32,564 bases of DNA. It comes from an uncultured Bacilli bacterium. Its GTDB lineage: Bacteria > Bacillota_I > Bacilli_A > RF39 > UBA660. The stretch's first letter is position 1. Each line of letters starts with the position of its first letter. Where the stretch lies: assembly GCA_947630865.1 (NCBI GenBank), contig CANRJE010000003.1:1-32564 (forward strand), given 5' to 3'. The notes under the pieces were generated by a model. It saw only the letters and a list, made by a program, of their open reading frames with translations. It was not told where the DNA came from and searched no databases. The position numbers and the translations under genes were made by a program. This document shows positions 1-8,709 of the stretch, one piece after another.

Positions 1-806
1 TCACCATATATACCTTTTTCACCAGTTGATGGATTACGAGTAAATGCAACTCCTGTTCCAGATGTATCTCCCATATTACCAAATACCATTGATTGAACAT
101 TAACAGCAGTTCCCCAATCACCTGGAATATCATTCATACGACGATAAACGATAGCTCTTGGATTATCCCATGATCTAAATACAGCTTTAACAGCACCCAT
201 TAATTGTTCTTTAGGATCTTGAGGAAATTCTTCTCCCATAGCATCCTTATAAACTTTTTTGAATCTTTTTACTAGTTCTTTTAAATCATCAACTGTTAAT
301 TCAGTATCGTATTTAACACCTTTTTCATTTTTAATTTCATCAATAATTTTTTCAAATGATGATTTTGGTACTTCCATTACAACATCAGAATACATTTGAA
401 TAAAACGACGATATGAATCATAAGCAAATCTTGGATTGTTAGTCTTTTTAGCAAAACCTTCAACTGCCACATCATTTAGTCCTAAATTCAAAATTGTATC
501 CATCATACCTGGCATTGAAGCACGAGCTCCACTTCTTACAGATACTAGTAATGGATCATTGTTATCACCGAATTTCTTGCCTTGCTTTTCTTCAAGTTTA
601 GCTAGATATTCGAATATTTGTTTTTCAATATCTGAACTTATTACTTTACCATTTTCATAATAGTTAGTACAAGCTTCAGTTGTTACCGTAAATCCTCCAG
701 GTATAGGTAATCCTAAATTAGTCATTTCAGCTAAATTAGCACCTTTTCCACCTAAAAGATTACGCATGTCTTTGTTTCCTTCTTCAAAGGAATAAACATA
801 TTTCAT
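1..806 (-). CDS. ppdK: Pyruvate phosphate dikinase, 5' part (runs off the window's left edge; missing from the ORF track)
   Basis: Manual translation from ATG at 806: [46 protein letters not shown]...[28 protein letters not shown], the PPDK N-terminus. RBS GGGAGGA at 811-817. Confidence 0.97.
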   Translation of the reverse strand, partial: MKYVYSFEEGNKDMRNLLGGKGANLAEMTNLGLPIPGGFTVTTEACTNYYENGKVISSDIEKQIFEYLAKLEEKQGKKFGDNNDPLLVSVRSGARASMPGMMDTILNLGLNDVAVEGFAKKTNNPRFAYDSYRRFIQMYSDVVMEVPKSSFEKIIDEIKNEKGVKYDTELTVDDLKELVKRFKKVYKDAMGEEFPQDPKEQLMGAVKAVFRSWDNPRAIVYRRMNDIPGDWGTAVNVQSMVFGNMGDTSGTGVAFTRNPSTGEKGIYG

Positions 807-826
807 ATTATCCTCCCAACTCATAT

Positions 827-855
827 ATTATATAAAAAAAAAGATATTGTTTCAA
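827..855 (-). promoter_or_regulatory. Sigma-A promoter of ppdK
   Basis: TTGAAA (850-855) - 17 bp - TATAAT (827-832) on the minus strand. It overlaps an AAAAAGAT/ATCTTTTT inverted repeat that may terminate the upstream pilin-like gene. Confidence 0.65.
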
Positions 856-902
856 CATCTTTTTAATCTTCTTTACATCTAACTGACAATTATTAATCTT
901 TT

Positions 903-1295
903 TTATTCATAAATATTTGAACAACCATTTGAAGAACAATAATCACCATCTTCAATTCCAACCCAACAATCAATCCAAGAAGTTAATCCATCTGGAACAT
1001 CTCCATTATTATCTTTAACCATATCTGAAACAAAAGATAATATATATTCGATTATAATAGGAACAAAAAAGATAATAACACCATATAATAATCTTTTTCC
1101 AAAAGTTTTACTTAAATCAGAACCTGATTTTTCATCATTTTTAGTCATAGCTTTAAACATATCTATAGAACCTAAAACAATTAAAATAGCTGGAACTGTA
1201 AATTGAATAATAGTTATTAATAGATGAATAATTCTTAAAAAAGGAGCCATTTCACAACACATTTGAATTGTCTCATTACAATCTAATATCAACAT
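903..1295 (-). CDS. VirB2/TrbC-like (T4SS-pilin-like) two-TM protein, paralog 3
   Basis: Two hydrophobic helices linked by IDMFKAMTKNDEK...KRLLYGVIIFFVP, N-terminal Cys, W-x-x-CW motif, AAGGAG RBS. Clearly homologous to the two upstream ORFs. Confidence 0.6.
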   Translation of the reverse strand: MLILDCNETIQMCCEMAPFLRIIHLLITIIQFTVPAILIVLGSIDMFKAMTKNDEKSGSDLSKTFGKRLLYGVIIFFVPIIIEYILSFVSDMVKDNNGDVPDGLTSWIDCWVGIEDGDYCSSNGCSNIYE

Positions 1296-1318
1296 ATCTT
1301 TTCTCCTTTCTTTAAGTT

Positions 1319-1343
1319 AAAAATTGAAGCCTTTAAGCTTCAA
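1319..1343 (-). terminator. Putative intrinsic terminator/attenuator between pilin-like paralogs 2 and 3
   Basis: TTGAAGC-N6-GCTTCAA hairpin (1324-1343) followed by TTTTT on the minus strand. Confidence 0.5.
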
Positions 1344-1358
1344 CATTTAAAGATTATT

Positions 1359-1853
1359 TTAATCAGCGCAGTAGCCTCCTGATTGAGCATCCTCACACCA
1401 ACTTCTACTTGTTGTACCCATATAAGCACTAGTTGATTTATTAATACAAACACAAGTATCAGAATTTCCCGTATTAGTATTTCCTGCTCCTCCAGTTGTT
1501 GTACTTCCTTCATAATTCCAACATTTTAAGAAAGTTGAAAATGAATTTTTAGCAGCATCACTATCATCAATTTGAACAACATTGCTTATTAAATCTAATA
1601 TTAAACTTAAAATTGGAATTAATAAGAAAATAATTACTGCATAAATTAAACGTCTAACAATTGTTTTTCTAGCCTCTTGTTGTTTCTTTTCATCACCACT
1701 AGTCATAGCTTTAAATAAATCAATTGCACATAAAATAATTAAGAAAAGTGGTACACCTATTTTAATAATATCAAATATTGTCTTTATAGTTCCTAAGACC
1801 GTTTGAATTAATGGTTGTTGACAAAGTTCATCAACACTTAATAGTATAAACAT
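1359..1853 (-). CDS. VirB2/TrbC-like pilin-like protein, paralog 2, with a C-terminal Gly/Thr/Asn linker and 4-Cys tail (164 aa)
   Basis: Start moved from 1877 to ATG 1853 because AGGAGGA lies at 1860-1866. Core IKIGVPLFLIILCAIDLFKAMTSGDEKK...RRLIYAVIIFLLIP, then F-x-x-CW. Confidence 0.6.
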   Translation of the reverse strand: MFILLSVDELCQQPLIQTVLGTIKTIFDIIKIGVPLFLIILCAIDLFKAMTSGDEKKQQEARKTIVRRLIYAVIIFLLIPILSLILDLISNVVQIDDSDAAKNSFSTFLKCWNYEGSTTTGGAGNTNTGNSDTCVCINKSTSAYMGTTSRSWCEDAQSGGYCAD

Positions 1854-1935
1854 ATAAAATCCTCCTAAAACACACACATTTATAATTATATAATACTAAA
1901 ATATTTCTAATAAATCAATACTTTTTTATTTTTTA

Positions 1936-2250
1936 TTAATTTTTTTTGCTCTCAGAAACATAATCCCAGCATTCTTTCCAACTAGCATCATAATCCATTG
2001 GAACTAATCCATTTACAATATTTAAAATAAATGGAATCAAAAATGGAATTAAATAAATAAGAACAGCATATACAATTTTCATCATAACATCTTTTCGTAA
2101 TTTCTTAATCTCGTCCTCTTTTTTGGAAACAATGATTTTAAAAATATCAATTGTACATAAGATTATTAAAACAATCGGTATTGCAAATTTGATAGCATTA
2201 AAAAGTGTCACGACAATTCCCACTATCATTTGCATGTTAGAATCACACAT
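1936..2250 (-). CDS. VirB2/TrbC-like pilin-like protein, paralog 1 (104 aa)
   Basis: Start likely ATG 2250 (AGGTGA at 2256-2261). Core IKFAIPIVLIILCTIDIFK...KIVYAVLIYLIP, then WKECW. Confidence 0.6.
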   Translation of the reverse strand: MCDSNMQMIVGIVVTLFNAIKFAIPIVLIILCTIDIFKIIVSKKEDEIKKLRKDVMMKIVYAVLIYLIPFLIPFILNIVNGLVPMDYDASWKECWDYVSESKKN

Positions 2251-2269
2251 ATCACTCACCTAGTTGCAC

Positions 2270-2298
2270 ATTATATCACAATAAAGAAAAAAAAGCAA
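2270..2298 (-). promoter_or_regulatory. Sigma-A promoter for the pilin-like trio
   Basis: TTGCTT (2293-2298) - 17 bp - TATAAT (2270-2275), with extended -10 TGn. Confidence 0.7.
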
Positions 2299-3306
2299 CT
2301 ATTTGCCAAATAAACCAAATAATCCTTTTTTATTTTCTTCACCTCTTGAAGCTTCAACTAACCCAAGTTTTGATAACAAATCATTTATTACACTGTTTAT
2401 TATTCGATCATTTAAAGGTGGTAAATTAAAATATACACTTATTCCAGCCTCTTTTGCAAAAATCTCAACATCTTTATCAGACAAAAGACTATTGTTTAAA
2501 ATAACTTTTTTACCTTTTAAACTAATAAATGCCGTTCGATTTTCCATCATTAATTGATTAACTCTATATAAAGATGGATCTACTAAATATATCATATCCG
2601 TACAAGCATCAAGTTTTTTACTATCAGCTAAATCTACAATGATAATATCCATATCTGCAAAAGCTGAAAAAAATTCTCCTAATCTACTACTTGAAATTGA
2701 ATACATATTCTTATCAGCATAATAAATAAAATCTTTTTTATCTACTTCAAGTGCAACTACTTTCTTTTTATAAATTTCTATTAAATTTTTTTTCAATAAA
2801 TAAGCTAATTCTGTACTACCAGCAGCTTTTGTTACATTTGAAATACCTAAAACTATCTGCTCAGAACCACTTGCATAATTTTCACTTGTAAAATCAATAT
2901 CATTATTCTCAATTCTTGTTGTTACTTCAGATGAAGTTACATATTGTTTAACATCATCATACGTATTACTTTTATTAACAAGTTCTACTAATCCTTTTAC
3001 ATTATCAGTAAAATTATAAATATTTAAGCTCACTAAAAAAGACAAAAACTTCTTTGGTGGCGGATCATTAGGTGGTAAAAACAAAATTAATTTTTCAGTA
3101 TCAAATGTTTTGGATAATTCTCTTAAAACATCTTCTTTAGGAAATCTTTCCAAAGCTGTTGCATCAATAATTAATTTTTTGTAAAAAATAGAATTAAAAC
3201 TGTTGGCAATTGCAGAAACTTGAAATACCCCGTTTAATTCTTTCATAATTTCAATATTAGTACTAATTATTAAATCTTTATACTGGTTTGTTACTATTAT
3301 ATTCAT
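2299..3306 (-). CDS. TadZ/CpaE-like protein (atypical receiver-like N-domain + degenerate MinD/ParA-like domain), 335 aa
   Basis: Start likely ATG 3306 (ATGA overlap with the upstream stop). Deviant P-loop GISNVTKAAGSTELA, KVVALEVD strand, DIIIVD, and a C-terminal amphipathic KKGLFGLFGK typical of MinD-like membrane-targeting helices. Lies within the tad locus. Confidence 0.6.
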   Translation of the reverse strand: MNIIVTNQYKDLIISTNIEIMKELNGVFQVSAIANSFNSIFYKKLIIDATALERFPKEDVLRELSKTFDTEKLILFLPPNDPPPKKFLSFLVSLNIYNFTDNVKGLVELVNKSNTYDDVKQYVTSSEVTTRIENNDIDFTSENYASGSEQIVLGISNVTKAAGSTELAYLLKKNLIEIYKKKVVALEVDKKDFIYYADKNMYSISSSRLGEFFSAFADMDIIIVDLADSKKLDACTDMIYLVDPSLYRVNQLMMENRTAFISLKGKKVILNNSLLSDKDVEIFAKEAGISVYFNLPPLNDRIINSVINDLLSKLGLVEASRGEENKKGLFGLFGK

Positions 3307-3704
3307 AACTGACCACCACAATTTTTTGTAACCGCATCATTACCAATCATACATTCCATACCATATATAGTTTTACTTTCGTTTTTAATAGGTAAAGTAC
3401 CTGCATAACCTATAAGCGGTATCTCAAATTTAACATTAGTAACAACAGTATAAACAGCACCATTGGAATTTTTATTACAACTTATAGTTAAACTATTATT
3501 ATAATTTCTTTTTCTTAAGCTCTCACATAAAGAATTCATGTCTTGAGTTACATATCCCTCTGTTTGTTCAATAGATGTTATAACAAAGTTGCTAGCACGA
3601 TAAGTAGCCGCATAGTTCATGATTATACCAATAAAAACTATATATACAGCTAAAAAACCTAAGATAATATAAAACAAAACTGAACCACCAATGGCTTCTC
3701 TCAT
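3303..3704 (-). CDS. TadE-like minor pilin/pseudopilin
   Basis: Short leader MREAIG, one N-terminal hydrophobic helix, small Cys-containing beta-rich ectodomain. GAGGAG RBS. Directly downstream of the small pilin-like gene. Confidence 0.5.
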   Translation of the reverse strand: MREAIGGSVLFYIILGFLAVYIVFIGIIMNYAATYRASNFVITSIEQTEGYVTQDMNSLCESLRKRNYNNSLTISCNKNSNGAVYTVVTNVKFEIPLIGYAGTLPIKNESKTIYGMECMIGNDAVTKNCGGQL

Positions 3705-3741
3705 ACTAACATCTCCTCATATTCTTTCTTAAAATTATATT

Positions 3742-3918
3742 TTATTCAAAATTATCTGTAACTATATAAGTATATTTATCATCTGTTGTCCATTCAGTCC
3801 ATTTTGATTGGATTGCATTGATAATAGGATCTTTAAATAACATAAATACTCCTAAAATTACACCTGCTGCTACGATAACTATTAAAGTCATACTTAATTC
3901 TCCACTTGCTTCTTTCAT
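3742..3918 (-). CDS. Small Flp-like major pilin candidate, 58 aa (not in the ORF track)
   Basis: Manual translation: MKEASGELSMTLIVIVAAGVILGVFMLFKDPIINAIQSKWTEWTTDDKYTYIVTDNFE*. RBS AGGAAAGGAG at ~3929-3938, its own promoter, and size and hydrophobicity typical of Flp pilins. Confidence 0.75.
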   Translation of the reverse strand: MKEASGELSMTLIVIVAAGVILGVFMLFKDPIINAIQSKWTEWTTDDKYTYIVTDNFE

Positions 3919-3951
3919 TTTTTTAATTCTCCTTTCCTACTTTACTCTATT

Positions 3952-3980
3952 AGTATAACATTATTTGTTGGTTTTATCAA
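3952..3980 (-). promoter_or_regulatory. Internal sigma-A promoter upstream of the small pilin gene
   Basis: TTGATA (3975-3980) - 17 bp - TATACT (3952-3957), with extended -10 TGT. Confidence 0.75.
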
Positions 3981-3996
3981 TCACTTTTCATGAAGT

Positions 3997-4782
3997 TTAC
4001 ATTTCCATCATCATCATCATCATAGCTAGAAATAAAACTAGCATAGTTCCACCACCTGTCACCATAAGCATAGCTAAAGTCTTTTTTTCCATTTTATCTA
4101 GACGTTTAGCATATTTTTGCTCTCTTGCTTTATTTTGTAATGATGAAACGCTTTTAGAAAAAACTAATAATTGCTCTTGTTTATTTTCCTGAGCTCCAAT
4201 ACTTAAACGATATAGTAAACGCATCATTCTTAAGGAATCACGTACAGGATATTGTTCAGCAAAGGCAAGATATGGGTCAATAGAAGAATCACCACTATCT
4301 ATTTTTTTAATCATTTCCTGAAGACCTTCTTTAAACATATCTGGAGCTGTTTCAATTGATTTTGAAATAGCAACAGGAATTGTATAATGTTGAGCTAATA
4401 TCTCAATACTTTTTAAGTAATAAGGCAAAGTTTGATCAATTTCTGTTAAATGTTTTTTATAATGACCTTTTAAACTTGAATATTGATTTTTATATAAAAC
4501 AAGTATTATCATGATTCCTATAATCAAATTTATCCAAGTAAAGTTGAATAATAAAATTGCTAAAACTACTACTACACCTATCATTATTTTTTTAATACGT
4601 GCTTCAAAAAGTACATTTGGATCAACATCTCCACCATACTTAGCTTTAACTAAAAAGTCATAATCTTTTTCCTTTAATAACATAAAGAATTTCTTATTAT
4701 CTTCATATAATTGCTTAGTATTAATAGCACCACCATAACTTAAAACAAAGATAACAATTAATACAACTATGGCAAATTCCAT
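3997..4782 (-). CDS. tadC: TadC-like pilus assembly platform membrane protein
   Basis: TM pair, then T2SSF-like segment IDQTLPYYLKSIEILAQ...IPVAISKS, and a C-terminal TM. Second of two such genes after the CpaF ATPase (TAATG overlap). Confidence 0.7.
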   Translation of the reverse strand: MEFAIVVLIVIFVLSYGGAINTKQLYEDNKKFFMLLKEKDYDFLVKAKYGGDVDPNVLFEARIKKIMIGVVVVLAILLFNFTWINLIIGIMIILVLYKNQYSSLKGHYKKHLTEIDQTLPYYLKSIEILAQHYTIPVAISKSIETAPDMFKEGLQEMIKKIDSGDSSIDPYLAFAEQYPVRDSLRMMRLLYRLSIGAQENKQEQLLVFSKSVSSLQNKAREQKYAKRLDKMEKKTLAMLMVTGGGTMLVLFLAMMMMMMEM

Positions 4783-5678
4783 TATTCAGCCCCCACATTC
4801 TCGTTATAATATTTTTCTCCAGACAGAAGAAAATAACTATTAAATAAAACTACAATATGCAAACCTATTTGCATTAAAATATTTGAATTAACCATATCAA
4901 TATAGGTTTCTTTACCAATTAACCATTGAACAAGCATAACCATAAGGTACAAAAGTAATCCATATTGTACAAATGATTTATGAAAAGCTTGACGATTCAT
5001 TCTATCTTGATATACTCCTTCAACAAGTTGGTCAACGTCAAGTAACATATTATCTAATACTTCAACTGTATCATGTGCACCTTCTCTAGTTACCTGTAAG
5101 AACAATTGATGCATATTTCTTGTCATATAAAAATCGTATTTACTATTCATGTAATCAATTGATTCTCCAACATCACCATTGTGATAAGCTAAATCAATCA
5201 TTACCTTAACATCGGTTTTTACTGGATCCTCAAGAACTCCAGATTCATATACACCTTCTAAGGCTTTAACAAACGATTGAGTTGTTTGAAATTCCATTAT
5301 TGTATTAGTAACATATACCTGAATTTGTTCAAAAATAAATTCACTATATAATCTTTTACAACGTAAATATGCAAGATATGGAATAAAAGCTATAACAACT
5401 ACAACATATATAAAAGATATTACCATATTGTAAAAGTATAAATATGATATAACAAAGGCTATTGCCGCAAAAAGAATTGTTTGTATTGTATATTCTTTTT
5501 TTGTATATTCAAGTCCCATTTCTTTACATTTTTCACGAATAACCTTAAATGAATAAGGTGCATATTTATCATATACATTTCCAATACTCGTTGTAACGAA
5601 TTTATATAAAGATTCACCATTACTTTTACGATATAAAACTACAAACATAACAATGAATAATATAATTATAAATTCCAT
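4782..5678 (-). CDS. tadB: TadB-like pilus assembly platform membrane protein
   Basis: TM pair, cytoplasmic T2SSF-like domain (FIFEQIQVYV...SFVKALE), two C-terminal TMs. Immediately follows cpaF. Confidence 0.7.
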   Translation of the reverse strand: MEFIIILFIVMFVVLYRKSNGESLYKFVTTSIGNVYDKYAPYSFKVIREKCKEMGLEYTKKEYTIQTILFAAIAFVISYLYFYNMVISFIYVVVVIAFIPYLAYLRCKRLYSEFIFEQIQVYVTNTIMEFQTTQSFVKALEGVYESGVLEDPVKTDVKVMIDLAYHNGDVGESIDYMNSKYDFYMTRNMHQLFLQVTREGAHDTVEVLDNMLLDVDQLVEGVYQDRMNRQAFHKSFVQYGLLLYLMVMLVQWLIGKETYIDMVNSNILMQIGLHIVVLFNSYFLLSGEKYYNENVGAE

Positions 5679-5690
5679 TTTATCACCTCG

Positions 5691-7166
5691 TTATAAAAAT
5701 TCAATTTGATTATTAGTTGTTTCTCTATTAGCACCATTAGTTGGAACTGAATTAGGTGCTCCTACATTTATATTTGGTACAACTGGAGTTACAACTGGTG
5801 TAATGTTTAAAGCATTAATACTATTATCTAAAGTATCTGTATTATTTATATTATTGTTACTAACAACATTAGGAACATTAATACTAGGAGTTGAAGGTTG
5901 CGTTTCTGGAATATTATTTGCAGAAGGCACTTTTGTTTCTAAAGAACTAGTCTGATTAGATACTGTTTCAATATTATTTTCTAAACTTTCAATATTATTA
6001 GTACCAGATTTGTTAGTATCTGCAAAAGGATCAGGTGCTACCTGTCTCATATTTTGAATTTCCTTTTTAGTCAAATCAACACCTTGAGCTTCAAGATAAT
6101 CTATTAAATATTTACTTGGTGGATTAATAACTGTTGTACCATCAATATTTTTACGATAAATTGTATTAGATTCTGGTTCGTTATTATCATTTACAAAAAA
6201 CTCTGTAACTTCACATACTTCTCTTAAAAATTTTCCACCTTTTTCATATCTTGCTCTAACATGAACACCAAGTTGAACATAACGATAAATAGTTGCCATA
6301 AACTGATTTACATCGATATTACTTTCAAGCAAACTATATAAACGATATGGAATACTAGCTGCTTTATCAGCATGGATTGTTGATAAAATATTATGTCCTG
6401 ATGAAATAGAATTACGAACAGCAGTAACAGCTTCAGCCGATCTTACTTCGGATAGTAAAATCCATTTAGGATTCTGTCTCATACAGCCAACTAATACATC
6501 ACTATATGATGCAATATTATTGGTTTTCATAGAAACAATATCACGCTCTGGAAAAATAGCATCCAAATGCAACTCCAAAGTATCCTCAATAGTTATTATT
6601 TTTTCATTTTCTTTAGTATGGCTTGCTAAATATTTAACTAACTCTGTTTTACCACTACCAGTTTCACCACTTACAATGATATTACAATGTCCTCTTACAC
6701 ATTCAATTAGAAAATCATGAATATCACTTGTAATATATTTTTCTTCAATAATTTTTTCTTTTTTTAATCGAATTTTTGCTGGCGTTTTACGAAAAACTGC
6801 AGCAATTCCATTTCTAGCAATTGAATCATGAATAAAATTCATACGTAGTTCTGATGATTCACTATCCAAAAGTGGACTAGCCATATTGAAAGTTTTTCCC
6901 ATAATATTGGCACATTGAAAAGCAATTTTTTCAATAAGTTCATTATTAACACCAGTATTTTCAACCCGATATACACCTTTATCAAGTGATTTTAACCAAA
7001 CTTGCCCATTATTACTATAAGAAATATCGGTGATGTTATCATCATCTAAGTAAGGTTTCAAAGCACCAAAATCAATATTAGAAAATAAACTAGCATTAAT
7101 TTCAGTATTAGTTTTGTTAGGATCACTATTAGGATTTAATTCATAGGCATTTATACTTGGATTCAT
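5691..7166 (-). CDS. cpaF: CpaF/TadA (VirB11-family) pilus assembly ATPase with a low-complexity C-terminal tail
   Basis: Walker A SGETGSGKT, Asp box ITIEDTLEL, Walker-B region RQNPKWILLSEVR, His box SGHNILSTIHA. N-terminal LKPYLDDDNITDI motif. Confidence 0.92.
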   Translation of the reverse strand: MNPSINAYELNPNSDPNKTNTEINASLFSNIDFGALKPYLDDDNITDISYSNNGQVWLKSLDKGVYRVENTGVNNELIEKIAFQCANIMGKTFNMASPLLDSESSELRMNFIHDSIARNGIAAVFRKTPAKIRLKKEKIIEEKYITSDIHDFLIECVRGHCNIIVSGETGSGKTELVKYLASHTKENEKIITIEDTLELHLDAIFPERDIVSMKTNNIASYSDVLVGCMRQNPKWILLSEVRSAEAVTAVRNSISSGHNILSTIHADKAASIPYRLYSLLESNIDVNQFMATIYRYVQLGVHVRARYEKGGKFLREVCEVTEFFVNDNNEPESNTIYRKNIDGTTVINPPSKYLIDYLEAQGVDLTKKEIQNMRQVAPDPFADTNKSGTNNIESLENNIETVSNQTSSLETKVPSANNIPETQPSTPSINVPNVVSNNNINNTDTLDNSINALNITPVVTPVVPNINVGAPNSVPTNGANRETTNNQIEFL

Positions 7167-7171
7167 AATAC

Positions 7172-8026
7172 CTACTCCGTTTTTTGATCAGTATTTGTAT
7201 TATCGCCATTAGTATCAGTATTAGTATCTACATCTTCTTCAGTATCAGTTGCAACAATATCCTCTAATAATGCTGCTTGAGAATTAATATATTCTTTAAT
7301 TGTCTCACTTGTAACAGCAATAATATTCTCTTCATCACCATCAACTTTTAAAGATGCATTAGTTGGCACAAGAATTATCTCTGCATTTTTAATATATTCA
7401 GCTGTTCTAAGCAATAAGTGAATTTCTCTTGTAACACCAAATATTATTTGGCTAGGTGTTCTTTCTTCACTTGTTGTTTCAAAAACTGGTCTACCACCTG
7501 AATCTTTAACAGCTAAAATTTTAACATTTTCAACAAGTTTGCCAATCATAAGTCGGCCATCATCGCCAATACCTTTAAAGTAAACATCAACATAATTTCC
7601 TGGATACATTGAATTACCATATGTAGATGTTACGTTAACTGAAAAGTTATAAGCAACTTGTCCATCTTCCATTTCTAATAGAAATGAATCTGGTAATTCT
7701 TCTTCTTTAACTACTTGTTCAGCATAAAATAAACTACCGCTTGGAATAGATGAATTAACATTAGTATACATACCTAAAATTTGTGTATTTTCGTTTGTTA
7801 ACACATTACCTTTCATTGAAGATTGAGTTATATCAACATATCCAATCATATCCTTAGTAATTTTTGTTCTTGGGGCTATTGTTTGAACAGCATATGGTAC
7901 TCTAATTGGACTAGTTGCTTGATTTACTTTCCAATTATAGAAAAAATATAGTACCAAAACAATTAAAATTGCACCTATAAATGTAACAGTATTTTTGTTT
8001 GATAAAATTTGTTTTAATTTTTTCAT
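7172..8026 (-). CDS. cpaB: CpaB/RcpC Flp pilus assembly protein (SAF domain)
   Basis: N-terminal TM, SAF-like VPYAVQTIAPRTKITKDM, RcpC-like GNSMYPGNYVDV and LVENVKILAV, acidic D/T/N tail. Confidence 0.82.
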   Translation of the reverse strand: MKKLKQILSNKNTVTFIGAILIVLVLYFFYNWKVNQATSPIRVPYAVQTIAPRTKITKDMIGYVDITQSSMKGNVLTNENTQILGMYTNVNSSIPSGSLFYAEQVVKEEELPDSFLLEMEDGQVAYNFSVNVTSTYGNSMYPGNYVDVYFKGIGDDGRLMIGKLVENVKILAVKDSGGRPVFETTSEERTPSQIIFGVTREIHLLLRTAEYIKNAEIILVPTNASLKVDGDEENIIAVTSETIKEYINSQAALLEDIVATDTEEDVDTNTDTNGDNTNTDQKTE

Positions 8027-8046
8027 TTTTCTCCCTCTTTCTCTTC

Positions 8047-8625
8047 TTACTTATCAATTTTTTCTTCAAAAATTGCATCTACTTGATTTCTAATATCAAA
8101 GTCTCCAGCTTCAAATTCTGCAACATCAGTATGTTCTGAACCTAGAGTGTTAAAGGTATCTATTCGAATACTAACTTTAGGTGGATATTCAATCACTTCC
8201 TGAACAGTAACAGCATAATTTTTACTATTATTGATATTATTAGAAAATCTTCTTAAAAAACTTTCTGTAAAAACATCAGCATTAATTTTTATTTCTCCAA
8301 TTAACAAATCACATTTTGCATATGTTTTTAAAATATTAGAGTTATCATCAATATTATGTTTTAAAATAATATCATAATCGTTTTTACTATCAAAAACCAT
8401 TCTATTACTACTATCTGTTGTATATGCCCCTGGTTTAGCACATAAATAAAATCCCGCTCGATATGAAGCTTTATCAATCGAATCATACATAGCAGCTTCA
8501 ACAGTATTTCTAACTAAAGTATAGTCCTGTTGATTAGTTGTCGTGATATTTCCAAACAAATTAATTAGGACTAAACCGAGAATACCCATTGCAAAGATGA
8601 AAACTGCCCACATTGCTACTTTCAA
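8047..8625 (-). CDS. Membrane-anchored TadG/DUF5411-like protein, first gene of the tad operon
   Basis: TTG start with AGGAGGTG RBS. N-terminal hydrophobic helix followed by TTTNQQDY...VEAAMYDSID, reminiscent of TadG/TadE pilin-like N-termini. Confidence 0.5.
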   Translation of the reverse strand: MKVAMWAVFIFAMGILGLVLINLFGNITTTNQQDYTLVRNTVEAAMYDSIDKASYRAGFYLCAKPGAYTTDSSNRMVFDSKNDYDIILKHNIDDNSNILKTYAKCDLLIGEIKINADVFTESFLRRFSNNINNSKNYAVTVQEVIEYPPKVSIRIDTFNTLGSEHTDVAEFEAGDFDIRNQVDAIFEEKIDK

Positions 8626-8648
8626 ATGACACCTCCTACTATAAAATT

Positions 8649-8677
8649 ATTATATATCAATTATTTTGAATTAGCAA
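8649..8677 (-). promoter_or_regulatory. Sigma-A promoter of the tad operon
   Basis: TTGCTA (8672-8677) - 17 bp - TATAAT (8649-8654). Confidence 0.7.
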
Positions 8678-8709
8678 GAAAAAATCGCTTAAATTATTTT
8701 TATTATATT

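Noticed and set aside
436-660. 74-aa plus-strand ORF
   Set aside because: Antisense shadow of ppdK.
4006-4023. (ATG)6 repeat giving a poly-Met end to TadC
   Set aside because: In-frame trinucleotide run at the end of a TM helix; a length change would not switch expression.
2303-6720. Plus-strand ORFs 2303..2557, 3965..4192 and 6520..6720
   Set aside because: Antisense shadows of tad genes with no recognisable motifs.
903-8625. Conjugative element/ICE suggested by VirB2-like genes plus a VirB11-family ATPase
   Set aside because: No VirB4, coupling protein, relaxase, integrase or att-like repeats are visible. The ATPase is flanked by CpaB and TadB/C, which defines a Tad system.
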